From the NCBI GenBank assembly GCA_044892505.1, contig CM097883.1, forward strand, positions 282,782,001 to 282,846,000: a stretch of 64,000 nucleotides of DNA. The letters run 5' to 3'. The notes beneath the pieces are model-generated. The model saw only the letters and a list, made by a program, of their open reading frames with translations, did no database searches and was not told the origin of the DNA. Origin of the DNA: Schmidtea nova (Eukaryota). Position 1 is the stretch's first letter. Every line of letters starts with the position of its first letter. The position numbers and the translations under genes are program-made. Positions 62,179 to 64,000 of the stretch are shown piece by piece.

Positions 62179-62807
62179 AAAATAAAGAATAAATAAAGAT
62201 GCACACTTGTAAAAGGAAATCAAGTTTTTGAAATAGATTAATTTAAACAAATTAACAAATTTCAAAATATATGAGACCATTTTAAAACTATCAATTAATA
62301 TTTTCTAAATAATTTTTTAAAATTTCAAAAAAATATTCTTAAAAAATTAAAATTTTTTTAAAACAATATAATTGATCAACCACACACATCATCAATTAAC
62401 AATGTTCTACAACTCGAGTACATAGAATTATTTTTCAGAGTATGTGACATTCAGACCATGACATCTGAAAAATTAATCGACTAAAACAAAGCTGAAAAGA
62501 AAATTCAGAGAATCCTCAAAAAAATTATTTAACTAAGATTTTACTTTATTATACAGTCTTATTTTATCACCGCTATATAATTTCAGTTAGAATAATTAAA
62601 CGTTTTTCATTGCTCAAGATTCATAAATGATTCATAATGGGTTCTAAGTTTCACGTCCATTAGTCATGAGGAAACTACGATTATTAACGAAAATGGATTA
62701 ATTTGTTAATAACATTAACAAAAATCGACATTAACTTAAAAAAATTTCTAAATAAACCTTGCTAATGTGCGCGAATATCTTGAGGTTAACACCAAGATAT
62801 GCTTGAC

Positions 62808-62893
<86 letters not shown>

Positions 62894-62896
<3 letters not shown>

Positions 62897-64000
62897 GGTG
62901 GTCCTTAGACCAATGGTAATATTTTTTTCTCACAATTTGATGTCTCCCACCCTTTTAAAATGTTCCATTTGATGCCATAAGATACTGTGCAAATTTTTTT
63001 AATGATCAGATAATGTTTAGAGGTCGCCCAACAGCTCACAATTTATTAAAATGACCAAAAAATTTGACTTGAGCATAGTATAGTATTTTTATTACTAAAC
63101 TGAAATTGGTAACGTTTTATTATGTTATTAAATGACTAGGAAATATGAAACTCCGTAATGTACAGAATCTATTGTTAAGATTTATTTATAGGAATAAATG
63201 TTCTAGACTGTCAGTGTCAGTCGGTCCAACCAAAGACGATGTCCGCACTCCGCATTCCGCAACTAAGTCAATGTAATAACGACTTCTGACAGGTTGCATA
63301 CTGACGACGATGGTCTGCCACAACTTGCAGCAGAAACTGAAACTGGTCCTCATCGTATGTGATACACTTGTTTAGCTCCTGAACAAGGGCAACTCCACGT
63401 TCTGCATTATCATTGGTGACTAGTAGCTTAGACACGATCAACATGCCATCTGTGTACTCCTGTCGAGTTTCCCAAGTGTCAGGATCGTAATTCAAGAAGT
63501 CTTGAGAAATATGGAGCTTATCAAAGAATTCCTGAGATCTGACAGTTATGAAATCCTCCAAACTGTAGTTGCATGCACTGCTTGCAGACATTGTGATGCG
63601 TTTCAGACCTTTTGGTAGAAGTACTTTGTCGACGGCATCCTTGCTACAGTAATTCAGTGCTTTCACCATTTGACGTTTTGTATCGACCGGTACATCGGGA
63701 TCGAAGAAGGCAAGACCCACTAAATCTTCCGACAAATACCAAAGATGATGCTCAAGTTTTTTGGATGTTGCGATAGAGATTTTCTCATTGTAACGCTTGT
63801 AATTGTGCAAATCTTGAAGCAGTTGCAGATCATTTCGAGGCGCACTGGAAGCCAGTGGTGCAGTGAACCAGGCCTTGAGGTATATAACCACTGCAAAGAT
63901 GCACATGTGGAGAAGTCCTTTCTCCTCGAACGATGTGAGCTTGAATTGTGAGCGAAACATCCACACTTTGAGTGAGTAGATCACTTTCGACATCCATCTC
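62894..64000 (-). mobile_element. hATm-type transposon 3' part, truncated by the window edge
   Basis: End TAAGGTGGTCC next to (TA)n; transposase ORF 63268-63993. Confidence 0.8.
63268..63993 (-). CDS. hATm-like transposase C-terminal region
   Basis: RWMSKVIYSLK, HLWYLSEDLVGLAFFD, VTNDNAERGVAL, LLQVVADHRR; uninterrupted. Confidence 0.85.
   Translation of the reverse strand: MSKVIYSLKVWMFRSQFKLTSFEEKGLLHMCIFAVVIYLKAWFTAPLASSAPRNDLQLLQDLHNYKRYNEKISIATSKKLEHHLWYLSEDLVGLAFFDPDVPVDTKRQMVKALNYCSKDAVDKVLLPKGLKRITMSASSACNYSLEDFITVRSQEFFDKLHISQDFLNYDPDTWETRQEYTDGMLIVSKLLVTNDNAERGVALVQELNKCITYDEDQFQFLLQVVADHRRQYATCQKSLLH

Noticed and set aside
1-64000. Alternative genetic code to explain the many in-frame stops
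   Set aside because: Caspase and DnaJ exons are stop-free and end at standard TAA; stops elsewhere co-occur with frameshifts, as expected for decay.

Overview
Very AT-rich, transposon-saturated animal (invertebrate-type) genomic DNA from a draft assembly with three N gaps; it is not prokaryotic. Only two host genes look intact. One is a caspase-8-like protease (+ strand, 5 exons spliced by eye, 28142-37365, 273 aa, AHG/QACQG active site). The other is the last two exons of a DNAJB13-like co-chaperone (- strand, 60599-57481). Most of the rest is mobile DNA: at least seven hAT elements or remnants (four with exact 8-bp TSDs), two young LTR elements with exact TSDs, decayed Gypsy and Penelope pieces, and pogo, ISL2EU-like, MULE-like and Helitron/HINE-like elements. 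There are also MITEs, palindromic elements and a dispersed repeat carrying a minimal hammerhead ribozyme. Decayed host-gene fragments include EF-2, ubiquitin, an STI1-type TPR, tetraspanin and a possible WD40. The main leads are (1) di-ubiquitin fused in frame to a BEL/Pao Gag-like sequence, (2) two diverged copies of an unrecognised protein family in GC-richer multi-ORF cassettes, (3) a five-fold tandem array of the caspase terminal 3' splice site, (4) an LTR element whose PBS matches a tRNA 5' end rather than the 3' CCA end, and (5) the hammerhead family. All calls are by-eye motif recognition; no searches were run.
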